From NCBI GenBank assembly GCA_028716125.1, contig JAQUQK010000003.1:1-38136 (forward strand): 38,136 bases of DNA. The letters run 5' to 3'. The notes under the pieces are model-generated. The model searched no databases, had not been told where the DNA came from, and saw only the letters and a list, made by a program, of their open reading frames with translations. The position numbers were made by a program, and so were the translations under genes. Positions 23,425 to 31,826 of this stretch are shown in pieces; position 1 is the stretch's first letter, and every line of letters starts with the position of its first letter. Origin of the DNA: Thermoplasmatota archaeon (GTDB lineage: Archaea > Thermoplasmatota > JAQUQK01).

Positions 23425-25362
23425 TTAAGTCTGGACTGCCGTTCTCGAAACCTCATACCAGTGCGAGCCATCACTGATAAACGTAACTACATAATATCTT
23501 GCCGCAGTCGTATCGCAGGTGAGAGTCCCTGTAGATGAAACCAGTGTTGCTTGGAATGTAATCACTTCGTCAGCCGTGCCAACACAGATAAACACAATGC
23601 TTATCACATCGCCGGCAGTTCCGGCCCCGGAGAACGTAATAGTTTGGTTCTCGTTGTCGGTCGGAGTATCGGTGTAGATGTTGGAAAGGCCGACAGTAAG
23701 GGTAGGTGTGGTGCTCGGCGCAATAACACTTGCGGCGGAGGATAGCATAACCTGGCCTGTTTTGTCCGGTATAGTTATAGTCCTGTCCGCAGTTGGCGCC
23801 GTTGCCGTGATTATCGTTTCATTCGCATCGGCAGCAGAACCTTCCATAATAATTTGGTTAGTTCCACCCCAAACGGAATTGGCAATACCTACGCCGTTAG
23901 TAGCCAGCGTTGAACTCATCAAGCTATACGTTCCCGCAGCCATTACTGGAAGCGTAAAGATGGTATCAGCAGTTGGGTCTGCTACTGTGATTATTGCCTC
24001 ATTGCCATCGGCGGTAGCGCCTTCAAAGATGAGCTGGCCTGTGCCGCCCCAAACAGAGTTGGCTACTCCAGGCATATTTGTTGCAAGAGTAGAACTCATA
24101 AATGAGACTGTCATTGCCGCCGCATCCGGCAACGTCCATACAATATCTGCGGTCGGATTAGTTGCCGTAATAATCGCCTCGTAAGCATCTACGCCCGAAC
24201 CTTCAAAGATAAGTTGATTCGTGCCGCCCGTTACTGAACTGGCTATATCCGGGGCATTTGTGGCAAGCGTTGATAACATAACCGAGTACGTTGCCTGTGC
24301 AGCTACAGGGAAGGTATAAGTAACGTCCGCTGTCGGGTCTGTGAAGGACAGGGTAGCTTCGTAGTCGTTTGCCGTGCCTTCGACAATAATCGTTTGTGTC
24401 GCAATGCCGTCAAGAACGATACCACCGGCGTTTGTGATAGTAGTCAGGCCGGTAGTTGCAAAAGTCAAATCATCTCCGACAGTAACAGTAAAATCGCCAT
24501 TAGCCGCGCCGCCCGCCGTAAATGCCATGCCGCCATCGGTAGTAACCCAAGTCATAACATTACCGGCAGTCGTATCAGTTGCAGTAAAAGCCATCGTAGA
24601 ATCGGAATTGACTGAAAAGGTCGAGGTCGTATCAAAAGCAATTGCGCCTGCAGTCGAACTTCCGACAGTAACCGCGCCAGTCGAGGTCCCTGTATTGATG
24701 TTAGTGTTGTAGTTAGAGCTGGCGTTGATACTCGTAGTCAAACCCGTAATAGCTAACGTATTGCCGCTTTCGTCAATCAGTAATCCTACGCCGCTGGCAG
24801 TATAAATCTGAACATTTGCAGATTTCGTGCCGTCAGCAAGTCCGATTCTGAATGTGGCCCCGTCAGAGGCCGGAGTAAATTTCAGCAAATTAGCCGTTGC
24901 CCCGCCACTGATTACCCAATCGCTGTCAGTGCCCATCGTTATAGTTTCATCATCTTCGTAGGTCGAGGTACTTACATCTTTCAGAAATAGAGGAAAGATA
25001 AGCTTGCCCTCAGAAGCGCTGAGCGACCTGCCGCCGCTTGAGAAAGTATCTGTGCCGTCAGTTATCGTAAAGTCGTACTGATCAGCGCCCCACCAATAAA
25101 ACGAACCGCTCGATAAGGTGGTATTTGTCGAGGTAGTTGTAATCTGCTGCGTTATCGCATCCTGCTTGCCGCGATTCTTGTAGATTACGGCGTTGGTAGT
25201 CGTGCCAGGCAGGTAGATGTTGACTCCGCTTATGCCGGTAACTTTGCGGCCAAGCTCGTCATAAACCTGTATTTCGTGATATACCATCCCGTATTCATCC
25301 GCCAAGATAGGCAAGGCAAAACCGATTAGCAAAAGCAGACTGAGTAAAAGTGTCTTTTTCAT
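23425..25362 (-). CDS. Repeat-containing fibre/surface protein with Sec-type signal peptide (645 aa)
   Basis: MKKTLLLSLLLLIGFALPILA/DEY. The body is Thr/Ser/Gly/Ala-rich beta sequence and includes four tandem repeats of about 60 aa. Confidence 0.8.
   Translation of the reverse strand: MKKTLLLSLLLLIGFALPILADEYGMVYHEIQVYDELGRKVTGISGVNIYLPGTTTNAVIYKNRGKQDAITQQITTTSTNTTLSSGSFYWWGADQYDFTITDGTDTFSSGGRSLSASEGKLIFPLFLKDVSTSTYEDDETITMGTDSDWVISGGATANLLKFTPASDGATFRIGLADGTKSANVQIYTASGVGLLIDESGNTLAITGLTTSINASSNYNTNINTGTSTGAVTVGSSTAGAIAFDTTSTFSVNSDSTMAFTATDTTAGNVMTWVTTDGGMAFTAGGAANGDFTVTVGDDLTFATTGLTTITNAGGIVLDGIATQTIIVEGTANDYEATLSFTDPTADVTYTFPVAAQATYSVMLSTLATNAPDIASSVTGGTNQLIFEGSGVDAYEAIITATNPTADIVWTLPDAAAMTVSFMSSTLATNMPGVANSVWGGTGQLIFEGATADGNEAIITVADPTADTIFTLPVMAAGTYSLMSSTLATNGVGIANSVWGGTNQIIMEGSAADANETIITATAPTADRTITIPDKTGQVMLSSAASVIAPSTTPTLTVGLSNIYTDTPTDNENQTITFSGAGTAGDVISIVFICVGTADEVITFQATLVSSTGTLTCDTTAARYYVVTFISDGSHWYEVSRTAVQT
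23740..24420 (-). repeat. Four tandem coding repeats of about 180 nt (60 aa)
   Basis: Residues about 315-541 show xEG at 327, 386, 446 and 506. The unit is SSTLATN.(P)G(V/I)ANSVWGGT.Q(L/I)I(F/M)EG..AD..E.IIT...PTAD..(F/W/I)T(L/I)P. Confidence 0.8.
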
Positions 25363-25390
25363 CGCTATGTTTCCTTTCGATTTTCAAGTA

Positions 25391-25418
25391 AGCTACGTCC
25401 CTACGCTGAGGCGTAGCT
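25391..25418 (-). promoter_or_regulatory. Stem-loop with alternative 5' arms between the capsid gene and the 645-aa gene
   Basis: GCGTAGCT (25411..25418) can pair with AGCTACG (25391..25397) or with CTACGC (25401..25406). No clear U-tract follows. Confidence 0.35.
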
Positions 25419-25462
25419 GATTTCGTACTGACCTAAACTTCAAAAAACCTTTCAAAAACAAA

Positions 25463-25482
25463 TTAGGGACATCCCGCCCTAA
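25463..25482 (-). promoter_or_regulatory. TTAGGGCGGGATGTCCCTAA palindromic element immediately after the capsid stop codon
   Basis: The minus strand reads TAG-TTAGGGCGGGATGTCCCTAA. This is near-identical to the plus-strand 545..563 TTAGGGCGGGATGCCCTAA. Confidence 0.6.
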
Positions 25483-26709
25483 CTACGCATCAACGACTAC
25501 TTCTGTATCCATACAGTAGATTGCTTCGTCTGAGGTCGCTGTCTCTGTGCCGTGCTCGTTGAAATTCGTCCGCTTGACGCCGTAGATAGCGTCAACTTTG
25601 ACCTTCGGCTTGTTGCAATCCACCATATCTTCCCACCATTTCAGACGCTGTGCCCAGGCAAAGGCCATCGCCTGAGCGCCCATCATAAGCGCCCGGGCCA
25701 CTGTCCTTGTGGTTGCGCAAGTGTCCGTTGTCGCCGTTCTCCCTGCATTGAGCAGGAAACCTTCGGCTAAGGTTGTGCCGCCGGCGCCCGTCCGTATCGG
25801 AATACGGTCGTATTCCCAAACGATACAGGAATCCCATAAGAAGGCCGCGCCTGAGAATATCGGGTTGAGGTTTCCTCTTACCTGAGCTGCGGCCGTCATT
25901 GCCGCCCAGCCGGTAGTGCCGCTCTCCTCCCTAACAGCTTTAATCTGTAAGGGGTGAGCAAGAACGAGGAAATACTTGCCGACAAGCGGAGCGTTGGCAT
26001 AGCTACGGGTGTCGTTTGGATTGGCGTTAGACAGGTCCCTAATGGCTACGGGCCGGAATCGCGGAGAACATGCCTGGGCGCGTCTGCGAATCATTTCGAT
26101 TAGCTTTGTGCCAAAGAGGTTGTCTGTCTTGGTTCCTGCGGTCAGGAGTGCATCAGTGCCATAAGAAGCACCGCTGTTGCCGAGGGTCCCGGCCGCTGAC
26201 TGACCACCGTAATAAATACGATTAGTGGTCGGGTAAGACTCATTGATGGTTTCGATTGCCGAACTGCTTGCGTTCTCGTTGTAGAGGCCGGCCATTGAAG
26301 TGATAAGGTCGTTCTCCATCGCCTCAGCGAACCACGAGCCGAGGTCGGCTTTACCGTCCTCTCGGATATTCGTTGCGGTCCGCTGTTCGGAGATAGCGCC
26401 GTTGGAAACGTAGCTGTGTGAGCGCTCGTGAACTTTAACGGACATGTTGCGTCTTTTGAGAGATTCTTCGTTGCCGGTCGTACTACCGTCATCACCCTGC
26501 CCGGCGCCGCTCATCGGGCTTTTACTCTCAAAAATAACTACATCGCCCTTCTGCTTCGTCAATTCCTGGTTGACGTGAATGAGGGAATCTTTTGTATTCC
26601 CCATCAGCGGGGTAAGTGCGATGTTCTGTAACGCATACTCAAAGACGTCCGTTGAATACTTCCTCTGAGTACGCGGGTCATTTGTACCAAAAGCTGTTGC
26701 GTTTGCCAT
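25483..26709 (-). CDS. Major capsid protein, N4-gp56-like family (HK97 fold)
   Basis: 408 aa. LMGNTKDSLIHVNQELTKQKGDVVIFESKSPMSGAGQGDDGSTTGNEESL...VKVHERSHS...SEQR matches the conserved opening of N4-type capsid proteins as I recall it. It sits directly after a scaffold-like gene. Confidence 0.85.
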   Translation of the reverse strand: MANATAFGTNDPRTQRKYSTDVFEYALQNIALTPLMGNTKDSLIHVNQELTKQKGDVVIFESKSPMSGAGQGDDGSTTGNEESLKRRNMSVKVHERSHSYVSNGAISEQRTATNIREDGKADLGSWFAEAMENDLITSMAGLYNENASSSAIETINESYPTTNRIYYGGQSAAGTLGNSGASYGTDALLTAGTKTDNLFGTKLIEMIRRRAQACSPRFRPVAIRDLSNANPNDTRSYANAPLVGKYFLVLAHPLQIKAVREESGTTGWAAMTAAAQVRGNLNPIFSGAAFLWDSCIVWEYDRIPIRTGAGGTTLAEGFLLNAGRTATTDTCATTRTVARALMMGAQAMAFAWAQRLKWWEDMVDCNKPKVKVDAIYGVKRTNFNEHGTETATSDEAIYCMDTEVVVDA

Positions 26710-26759
26710 TTGGATTCTTCCTTTCCAAAGTGCAGCAACAGCCGTAAAATCCCTACTTT

Positions 26760-27563
26760 TTACTCCTCAGTTTTTGGCGGTATGCTAAATACTGAGTTCA
26801 AAAACGGGTCGCTAAATTCAGTCAAGATTTGCTCTTGAGTTGGATGGACCTTCGGTTTCGGAACTGGAGGGGGATTCTCGATGTCGCTGCCCTTTGCTTT
26901 TAATTCCTTTAGTTGTTTTGCGCGAGAATCCAGTTTGGCCCTCAATGCCTGTGCGGGCTTGCCGCCCTTCTGTAGAATACGTTGAGTTAGTCGCCTGTAT
27001 GCTTCTTTGCCGGCGTTAGTACCAGCTTGAAAAACATCAAGCCGGTCGCCCTGTGTAAGAAGGTCATTGCCTATCGCCATTAAACTGTCAAAGCCAAGAC
27101 CTTCGCCCATCGTTTCATCGGTCATAGTCAAGCTCGCATTTCGTAATCCGGCCTGATAGTTATTCATATTTGTTGCGAATACGGTCTGTTGAGCTTTCTT
27201 TTTGGCCTGGTCTTTTTCGAATTTCTGCTGGGCGATAAGAGTTTTGGCATCGGGGGGGACTTCCTCCCCTACTTCTTTGGCGAATTTCTCAAGTGGAGAT
27301 TCTTCCTCAACTTCTTCTACTGGCGGCGGTGGAGGAGGAGTTAGAGCTTGCCTCAGTCGGAGATTTTCTTCCCTGAGTACCCTTCTATCCTCCCGTAACT
27401 CTTCGACGGTTTTAACCGGCACCATTAGAGGTTCTGGCGGCTCTGCCTCCGGCACTGACTCAGCCGGAGTTTCAACCTCCATTACCGGGGTTTCTAACTC
27501 CGGCGCTTCGGGGGTCTCCACTGCCGCTTCAACTGGATTGTCGTTTACGATTTCGTTTTCCAT
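26760..27563 (-). CDS. Scaffolding protein
   Basis: 267 aa with an acidic Pro/Glu-rich N-terminus and coiled-coil Lys/Gln-rich segments. Immediately upstream of the capsid gene. Confidence 0.65.
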   Translation of the reverse strand: MENEIVNDNPVEAAVETPEAPELETPVMEVETPAESVPEAEPPEPLMVPVKTVEELREDRRVLREENLRLRQALTPPPPPPVEEVEEESPLEKFAKEVGEEVPPDAKTLIAQQKFEKDQAKKKAQQTVFATNMNNYQAGLRNASLTMTDETMGEGLGFDSLMAIGNDLLTQGDRLDVFQAGTNAGKEAYRRLTQRILQKGGKPAQALRAKLDSRAKQLKELKAKGSDIENPPPVPKPKVHPTQEQILTEFSDPFLNSVFSIPPKTEE

Positions 27564-27741
27564 TTGCTGTTCTCCTCAAGTTTCCGGCTGAGTGGCCGTG
27601 TGCCGACTTTGCTTAAGTCGTCAAAGAGAGATTGTTACGCCCAATCTCCGTGGCGATGCCTGCCCTTCCGGGGCAGTGGCGGGGCCGATTTAACCCTCAC
27701 GGCCTTTGGTGTGCCTGTCTTACGCCGCGCTGACAGTGGCG
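27564..27741 (-). promoter_or_regulatory. Highly structured 178-nt non-coding leader upstream of scaffold/capsid genes
   Basis: At least four stem-loops: CGACTT/AAGTCG at 27604..27620, GAGATTG/CAATCTC at 27628..27648, CTGCCC/GGGCAG at 27660..27676, and GGCCG/CGGCC at about 27682..27703. No plausible ORF. Confidence 0.45.
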
Positions 27742-27987
27742 CTAAGATTTATTTTCATCATCGGCGTTTGCCGATTTTTTGTTCAGACGCTTTCGATATG
27801 CGCTCAGCTTGAGCATCATATTTGGGTCCGGTTGATTGCGGCCCTGGTTAGCCATTTTCTCCAGTTCCTGATACTCCGCCATTTCTTCCGGCGTTAAAAT
27901 GCTTTTGATGGATTTTATTGCCGCTTGCGCCTCAGGGTTTAATATCGCTTGTGGTGGTGGCTGTGCTTTTGGTGGTCTTTTTGCCAT
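27742..27987 (-). CDS. Hypothetical protein (81 aa)
   Basis: ORF track, Pro/Lys-rich, placed within the operon. Confidence 0.5.
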   Translation of the reverse strand: MAKRPPKAQPPPQAILNPEAQAAIKSIKSILTPEEMAEYQELEKMANQGRNQPDPNMMLKLSAYRKRLNKKSANADDENKS

Positions 27988-27999
27988 TGTTAAAAACTC

Positions 28000-28284
28000 C
28001 TAACTTGATTTAGTTAACATTTCCTCAGTTATCCTGACCTTCGGGGTTACAATGCCCTTTGGGATTATAATTCCACGCCTTCGCTTCCTCTTCTTGAACT
28101 GTAAAGTGAACGCCTTTTTTTCAGCATCATAAGTTATCTGTATGGCGTTTTCTTTCGCCGGAAACTTATCCAGCAATTTTACAGGGACTGTCTGCGGCCC
28201 CAACTTGAAAAGCATTAGGGCTATAAACGCTTTCAAATCTTCGTGCGTAAATTCACGGCTTTGGCTTTGGCTTTGCTGGCCCAT
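28000..28284 (-). CDS. Hypothetical protein (94 aa)
   Basis: ORF track. Contains a basic KKRKRRRG patch. Confidence 0.5.
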   Translation of the reverse strand: MGQQSQSQSREFTHEDLKAFIALMLFKLGPQTVPVKLLDKFPAKENAIQITYDAEKKAFTLQFKKRKRRRGIIIPKGIVTPKVRITEEMLTKSS

Positions 28285-28537
28285 CCTGTGGGAGTCCTTC
28301 CTCTTTAATGAGTTCGCCGTTTTTGTCCAATCTGACTTCCAGACCTTTCTTCTTAGCCCATCCTTCGAGGTTCGCTATACGCGGCACTGTTTTGTTGTGG
28401 ACGAAAACCACGCCTTCACCAAGTCCTTTGTGTTGAGCGGCGTTTAACCTTTTGAATGTGTAAAGGTCATAGGCAATATACACCGATAGCGCCAAAACCA
28501 ATACTATCAAAACAATTAACAGATTCTCACGCTTCAT
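28253..28537 (-). CDS. N-terminally membrane-anchored protein (94 aa)
   Basis: The ATG at 28537 (MKRENLLIVLIVLVLALSVYIAYDLY...) has an AGGAG RBS. The track start at 28627 would overlap the upstream gene by 77 nt. Confidence 0.55.
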   Translation of the reverse strand: MKRENLLIVLIVLVLALSVYIAYDLYTFKRLNAAQHKGLGEGVVFVHNKTVPRIANLEGWAKKKGLEVRLDKNGELIKEEGLPQDGPAKPKPKP

Positions 28538-28550
28538 ACCAAAACTCCTT

Positions 28551-28964
28551 CTATAATCCTTTATGAATGTTAACAACGGGGCATTGCAAACCGCATTTAT
28601 TACAAGAGACGCTGGTATCGAAACCATCAGCGCTATAGCCTTCCGCTTTTACTGAATACCCGCAGGGGCATTTGTAGTAATAATAGATGGCTAAATTGTC
28701 AGTCTTGCCAATAATCGTAACGTATAGATAGTCCGGCTCATTGAAAGAATCGCCTTCCGGCATTGCAACAGTGATATCTGCGGCGTTTGGGTCAAAGGAC
28801 GACATAAGCACCAAAACCCCATTACTGTCTCTAACAGTAGCAGTCCCATCGGGCGTTGGGTCAGTTGTATTTTTTTCCTTACAACCGACACTGAAAAATA
28901 CCAAGAAAACAACAACTAACGCCGCTAGCGCCGCCGCTAATAAATTAAGATATACTTTCTTCAT
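28551..28964 (-). CDS. Lipoprotein with C-terminal Cys4 zinc-ribbon (137 aa)
   Basis: MKKVYLNLLAAALAALVVVFLVFFSVGC is a signal peptide plus lipobox-like SVGC. The C-terminus is KCPCG...SCNKCGLQC. Confidence 0.6.
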   Translation of the reverse strand: MKKVYLNLLAAALAALVVVFLVFFSVGCKEKNTTDPTPDGTATVRDSNGVLVLMSSFDPNAADITVAMPEGDSFNEPDYLYVTIIGKTDNLAIYYYYKCPCGYSVKAEGYSADGFDTSVSCNKCGLQCPVVNIHKGL

Positions 28965-28973
28965 ACTAAACTC

Positions 28974-29201
28974 CTATTCCAAACAATGTTTATCTGCCGG
29001 CAGCTTACAATGACTGCCGTCAACTGACTTTGATTTCTTAGGGTCAAAGTTTTTGCACTTCACGCATTTACCCTTCATCCTTGAGTAATTCTTGCCGTAT
29101 AAAAATCTATTGCGCTGTTCTGTGCCTTCAAATTTCATCTTGTATTTCTCTGTAAGGCCACGCTCGCACTTCTCCCGACACTCGCTTAAACCAATACTCA
29201 T
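28974..29201 (-). CDS. Cys-rich basic protein (75 aa)
   Basis: ORF track. Its start overlaps the portal stop. Contains CREKCE...CVKCK...HCKLPADKHC. Confidence 0.5.
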   Translation of the reverse strand: MSIGLSECREKCERGLTEKYKMKFEGTEQRNRFLYGKNYSRMKGKCVKCKNFDPKKSKSVDGSHCKLPADKHCLE

Positions 29202-31354
29202 ACCGCCGCCTTTAATGCCGGCCTTGCCGGTTGAGGCGCCATCGCGGCCGCCTGTTTCATCCGCTCTTTGCCCTTATCTATGATTTCCTCTTTATTATCT
29301 ACGTCAGTTGACCTTATCAATATGTCTCTATCAATCGGCATCTGCATATTCTGGAGTAAGGTTCTGTTCAACTCGAACAGTTCAAGACTCTTAAATATCC
29401 TTGCTGTCGGGGCCATCGGACTGAGGTCAACTTTCGTGTTGTATCTTCCCCGGCGCCGTTGCTGTTTTAATTGTGTAATTAACATTTTCGTAGCCATCGC
29501 CTTCGACTCTTTATCAAGGGCCTGGGCGAATTGCTTGAACGCATTGGCGCTCATTTCAAACGACTTTATCGCCATATCTCTTTGGGCGGGGTCTTGCAGA
29601 ACGTCGGGAGGAGGCATCTGAGGCATCTGTGGTATTCTCTGGCCCGAATCTGAGAATTGCTTGAGCAGTATTGCAGTCGCTTGCTTTATCAGTTCCGCAT
29701 CGAGAAGGTCGTTTTTATCTACTATCTCAAGGATTTCGTCCTCAGAGAATATGTCATTGTTGCGGATAATTTCTACGATGAGATTTCCAGCAAGGGACAT
29801 CGTGTAATCGAAATTTTGGAAAACAGCCGCCGAACCGGTGAGAGCGCTTAGTTGCTTCAATCTTATCGTAGAGGCCACACGGTCTTTGGCGGTAGTGGGG
29901 TCCTCGGTACGTACATTGGAAATTTGCCGGAGATTTTCTACGGCTTTCTCTTTAACTATACCTATGGCAGTTGGATAGTTGCTCGGTTGTATTTTTTCCA
30001 GCTCGCCGCCGGCTTTTGATTTATCGAGAACTACACCATCTTCCCCGCCGTGCGCTTTAAGAAATTCAGCGTACTTTTCTGCACCAACGCCGCCCTTCAT
30101 CATATAGCCGGTATTGGCTAACTGCTTAATGATATTAAGTTCCATCGAGTGAGCGTAGTTTATCTCTTCCTGCGTCCCTATCATATCCTCGGACATTCCG
30201 CTCTTGTATCCATTCACGAAAAATGGGTAGAAGGGTATTACTGGAAATAAGCATACCCCACTTTGTGCGAGATTGAGCTCATCGACTATATTCTCCAGCA
30301 GGCAATCGCCGACTCTGATGGTGTGAATCATCACATTGCAAATTGTCTCTTTGATGGTGAAATCGGGGTTATCTTTGGCACGTTGCTTGACGTTATCTAT
30401 CATCTTTTGAGTAACTTCGGTCTGCTTCGTTTCGCCAGTTTCAGAATTGACAAAATCTACCTTCGCGCCCGGGACGAGAATAATAGCGTCAAACTCAGAC
30501 TTCCTCTTGTCATACCACCAAGTGCATTTTGTCGGCTTTCTCCACCAGGTATGAGATACTTGGTAGCGGGTCTTTTGAAGGTTCTTTACATCGGTGCGGT
30601 TCTCAGGCCCGAATATACTTGTTTGTTTGTTGCGGCTGCCGACCATCATTTCAATAATAGATGTTATGGCGCCGACCACAGCCCCGACAAACCCTCCGTT
30701 TCCGCCTATCGCTTCAAGTTCGCTTTTCTTGTCGGGATATCTTAGATTTATTGTGTCCTTATCCTCCCACGGCTCCCATATACAGAATTTCGCTCCGCGG
30801 CCCGGTGTGTTAGGGTCGTATATCAAACAGTTCGGGTCCCACAGTACCTCAAATTCGTTCAGCCGCTCTACCCTGATATTCTTGTGGAGAGGGTCTTGGC
30901 TATCATCGAGAAAGAAGCCGAGCTGTCCTGAGCCGGTGTTCAGGCCGGCTTCGAATAACTGAGTCTTTTCAAATTGGGCCTGCTCGGAGTCCATCGCTTG
31001 CTTTGCTAAAGCAGTTAAAACTTTGGCGATTGTGGCACTACCACCTTTGGTATTGAAAACCTTGAAATCTTTGGGGTTTTGTATCTGCGTGCCCACAACC
31101 TGCTTAATCTGCGGTTTGATAAGAGGGATGGTAAGGCAGAATTTGCCCTTAGCTTCGTTGGCTTCCTTGATAGCAGGATCCCACTGGAGATCTCCCCCTA
31201 TAACGAAATCCTCACCCTTGCGCATCCGGTCGTAAAAATTGGCCGAACCTTCAAGGCCGAGGTCCCGAAAGTCCCGGACGATAGTTAAAATCTCATCGTC
31301 CGTTAAATCGGTAATCGGTTTGTCCTCTGTGTTTTGACTGGCTACCTTTGCCAT
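29198..31354 (-). CDS. Portal protein
   Basis: 718 aa, the largest gene between terminase and capsid, with an acidic/helical C-terminal region. Call rests on position and size. Confidence 0.8.
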   Translation of the reverse strand: MAKVASQNTEDKPITDLTDDEILTIVRDFRDLGLEGSANFYDRMRKGEDFVIGGDLQWDPAIKEANEAKGKFCLTIPLIKPQIKQVVGTQIQNPKDFKVFNTKGGSATIAKVLTALAKQAMDSEQAQFEKTQLFEAGLNTGSGQLGFFLDDSQDPLHKNIRVERLNEFEVLWDPNCLIYDPNTPGRGAKFCIWEPWEDKDTINLRYPDKKSELEAIGGNGGFVGAVVGAITSIIEMMVGSRNKQTSIFGPENRTDVKNLQKTRYQVSHTWWRKPTKCTWWYDKRKSEFDAIILVPGAKVDFVNSETGETKQTEVTQKMIDNVKQRAKDNPDFTIKETICNVMIHTIRVGDCLLENIVDELNLAQSGVCLFPVIPFYPFFVNGYKSGMSEDMIGTQEEINYAHSMELNIIKQLANTGYMMKGGVGAEKYAEFLKAHGGEDGVVLDKSKAGGELEKIQPSNYPTAIGIVKEKAVENLRQISNVRTEDPTTAKDRVASTIRLKQLSALTGSAAVFQNFDYTMSLAGNLIVEIIRNNDIFSEDEILEIVDKNDLLDAELIKQATAILLKQFSDSGQRIPQMPQMPPPDVLQDPAQRDMAIKSFEMSANAFKQFAQALDKESKAMATKMLITQLKQQRRRGRYNTKVDLSPMAPTARIFKSLELFELNRTLLQNMQMPIDRDILIRSTDVDNKEEIIDKGKERMKQAAAMAPQPARPALKAAV

Positions 31355-31606
31355 CTATCGCCCTGTCATAAATCCCAATCGAGTTTTTGGTGTTGAGGTT
31401 TTCCTGCCAGATGACTGTTTGAGGCCGGAAGTCGTTGCCGCCTTCGTGGCGGCTGCCGCTTTCGAAATCAAAACTTTATGGGCGGCCTTGAGTAGTTTGG
31501 GGTTAGCTTTAACCTCGTTCGCGCGAATCAGCGCATCGGCGGCGTTTTCGACCTCCCACTTATCAATACCGTCTATCTTGGGCGATTGAACTGTTTTTGG
31601 GGCCAT
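31355..31606 (-). CDS. Hypothetical protein (83 aa)
   Basis: The ATG at 31606 (MAPKTVQSPKIDGIDKWEVENAADALIRANEV...) has a GAGGTG RBS. The track ORF starts 15 nt upstream. Confidence 0.55.
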   Translation of the reverse strand: MAPKTVQSPKIDGIDKWEVENAADALIRANEVKANPKLLKAAHKVLISKAAAATKAATTSGLKQSSGRKTSTPKTRLGFMTGR

Positions 31607-31625
31607 TGTTTCACCTCTCATAATG

Positions 31626-31826
31626 TTACCCGAAAATTCTTTTTGTGTTGGCGTATTGAGGTAATTTCTTTCCCCCGCTTTCTTCCAGATGCCCTTCCAG
31701 TTCTGCCGTAGTTATGCCTTTCATCCTGCGGCCTTTACCGGCGCGCCTGCGGGCTAACTCGGAAGCGAACTTACCGCGCTGCGCTTTGCTTACTATTGGC
31801 GTGTGCTTTCTGTGCTTACCCGGCAT
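31626..31826 (-). CDS. DUF3008-like small basic protein
   Basis: 66 aa: MPGKHRKHTPIVSKAQRGKFASELARRRAGK...GITTAELEGHLEESGGKKLP. This is the pattern of the DUF3008 family as I recall it. Confidence 0.6.
   Translation of the reverse strand: MPGKHRKHTPIVSKAQRGKFASELARRRAGKGRRMKGITTAELEGHLEESGGKKLPQYANTKRIFG

Noticed and set aside
23678-24184. Long plus-strand ORFs lie antisense to minus-strand genes (for example 23678..24184, 4138..4569, 27202..27591, 30263..30745, 13644..13982, 14511..14978).
   Set aside because: They sit entirely inside well-supported minus-strand genes and have low-complexity or repeat-mirroring translations. They lack ribosome-binding sites and are shadow ORFs.
23740-24420. 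The repeats in the fibre-like gene might be a diversity-generating retroelement template/variable repeat pair.
   Set aside because: No reverse transcriptase gene is present anywhere in the genome. The repeats are in-frame tandem protein modules, and their differences are not restricted to adenine positions.
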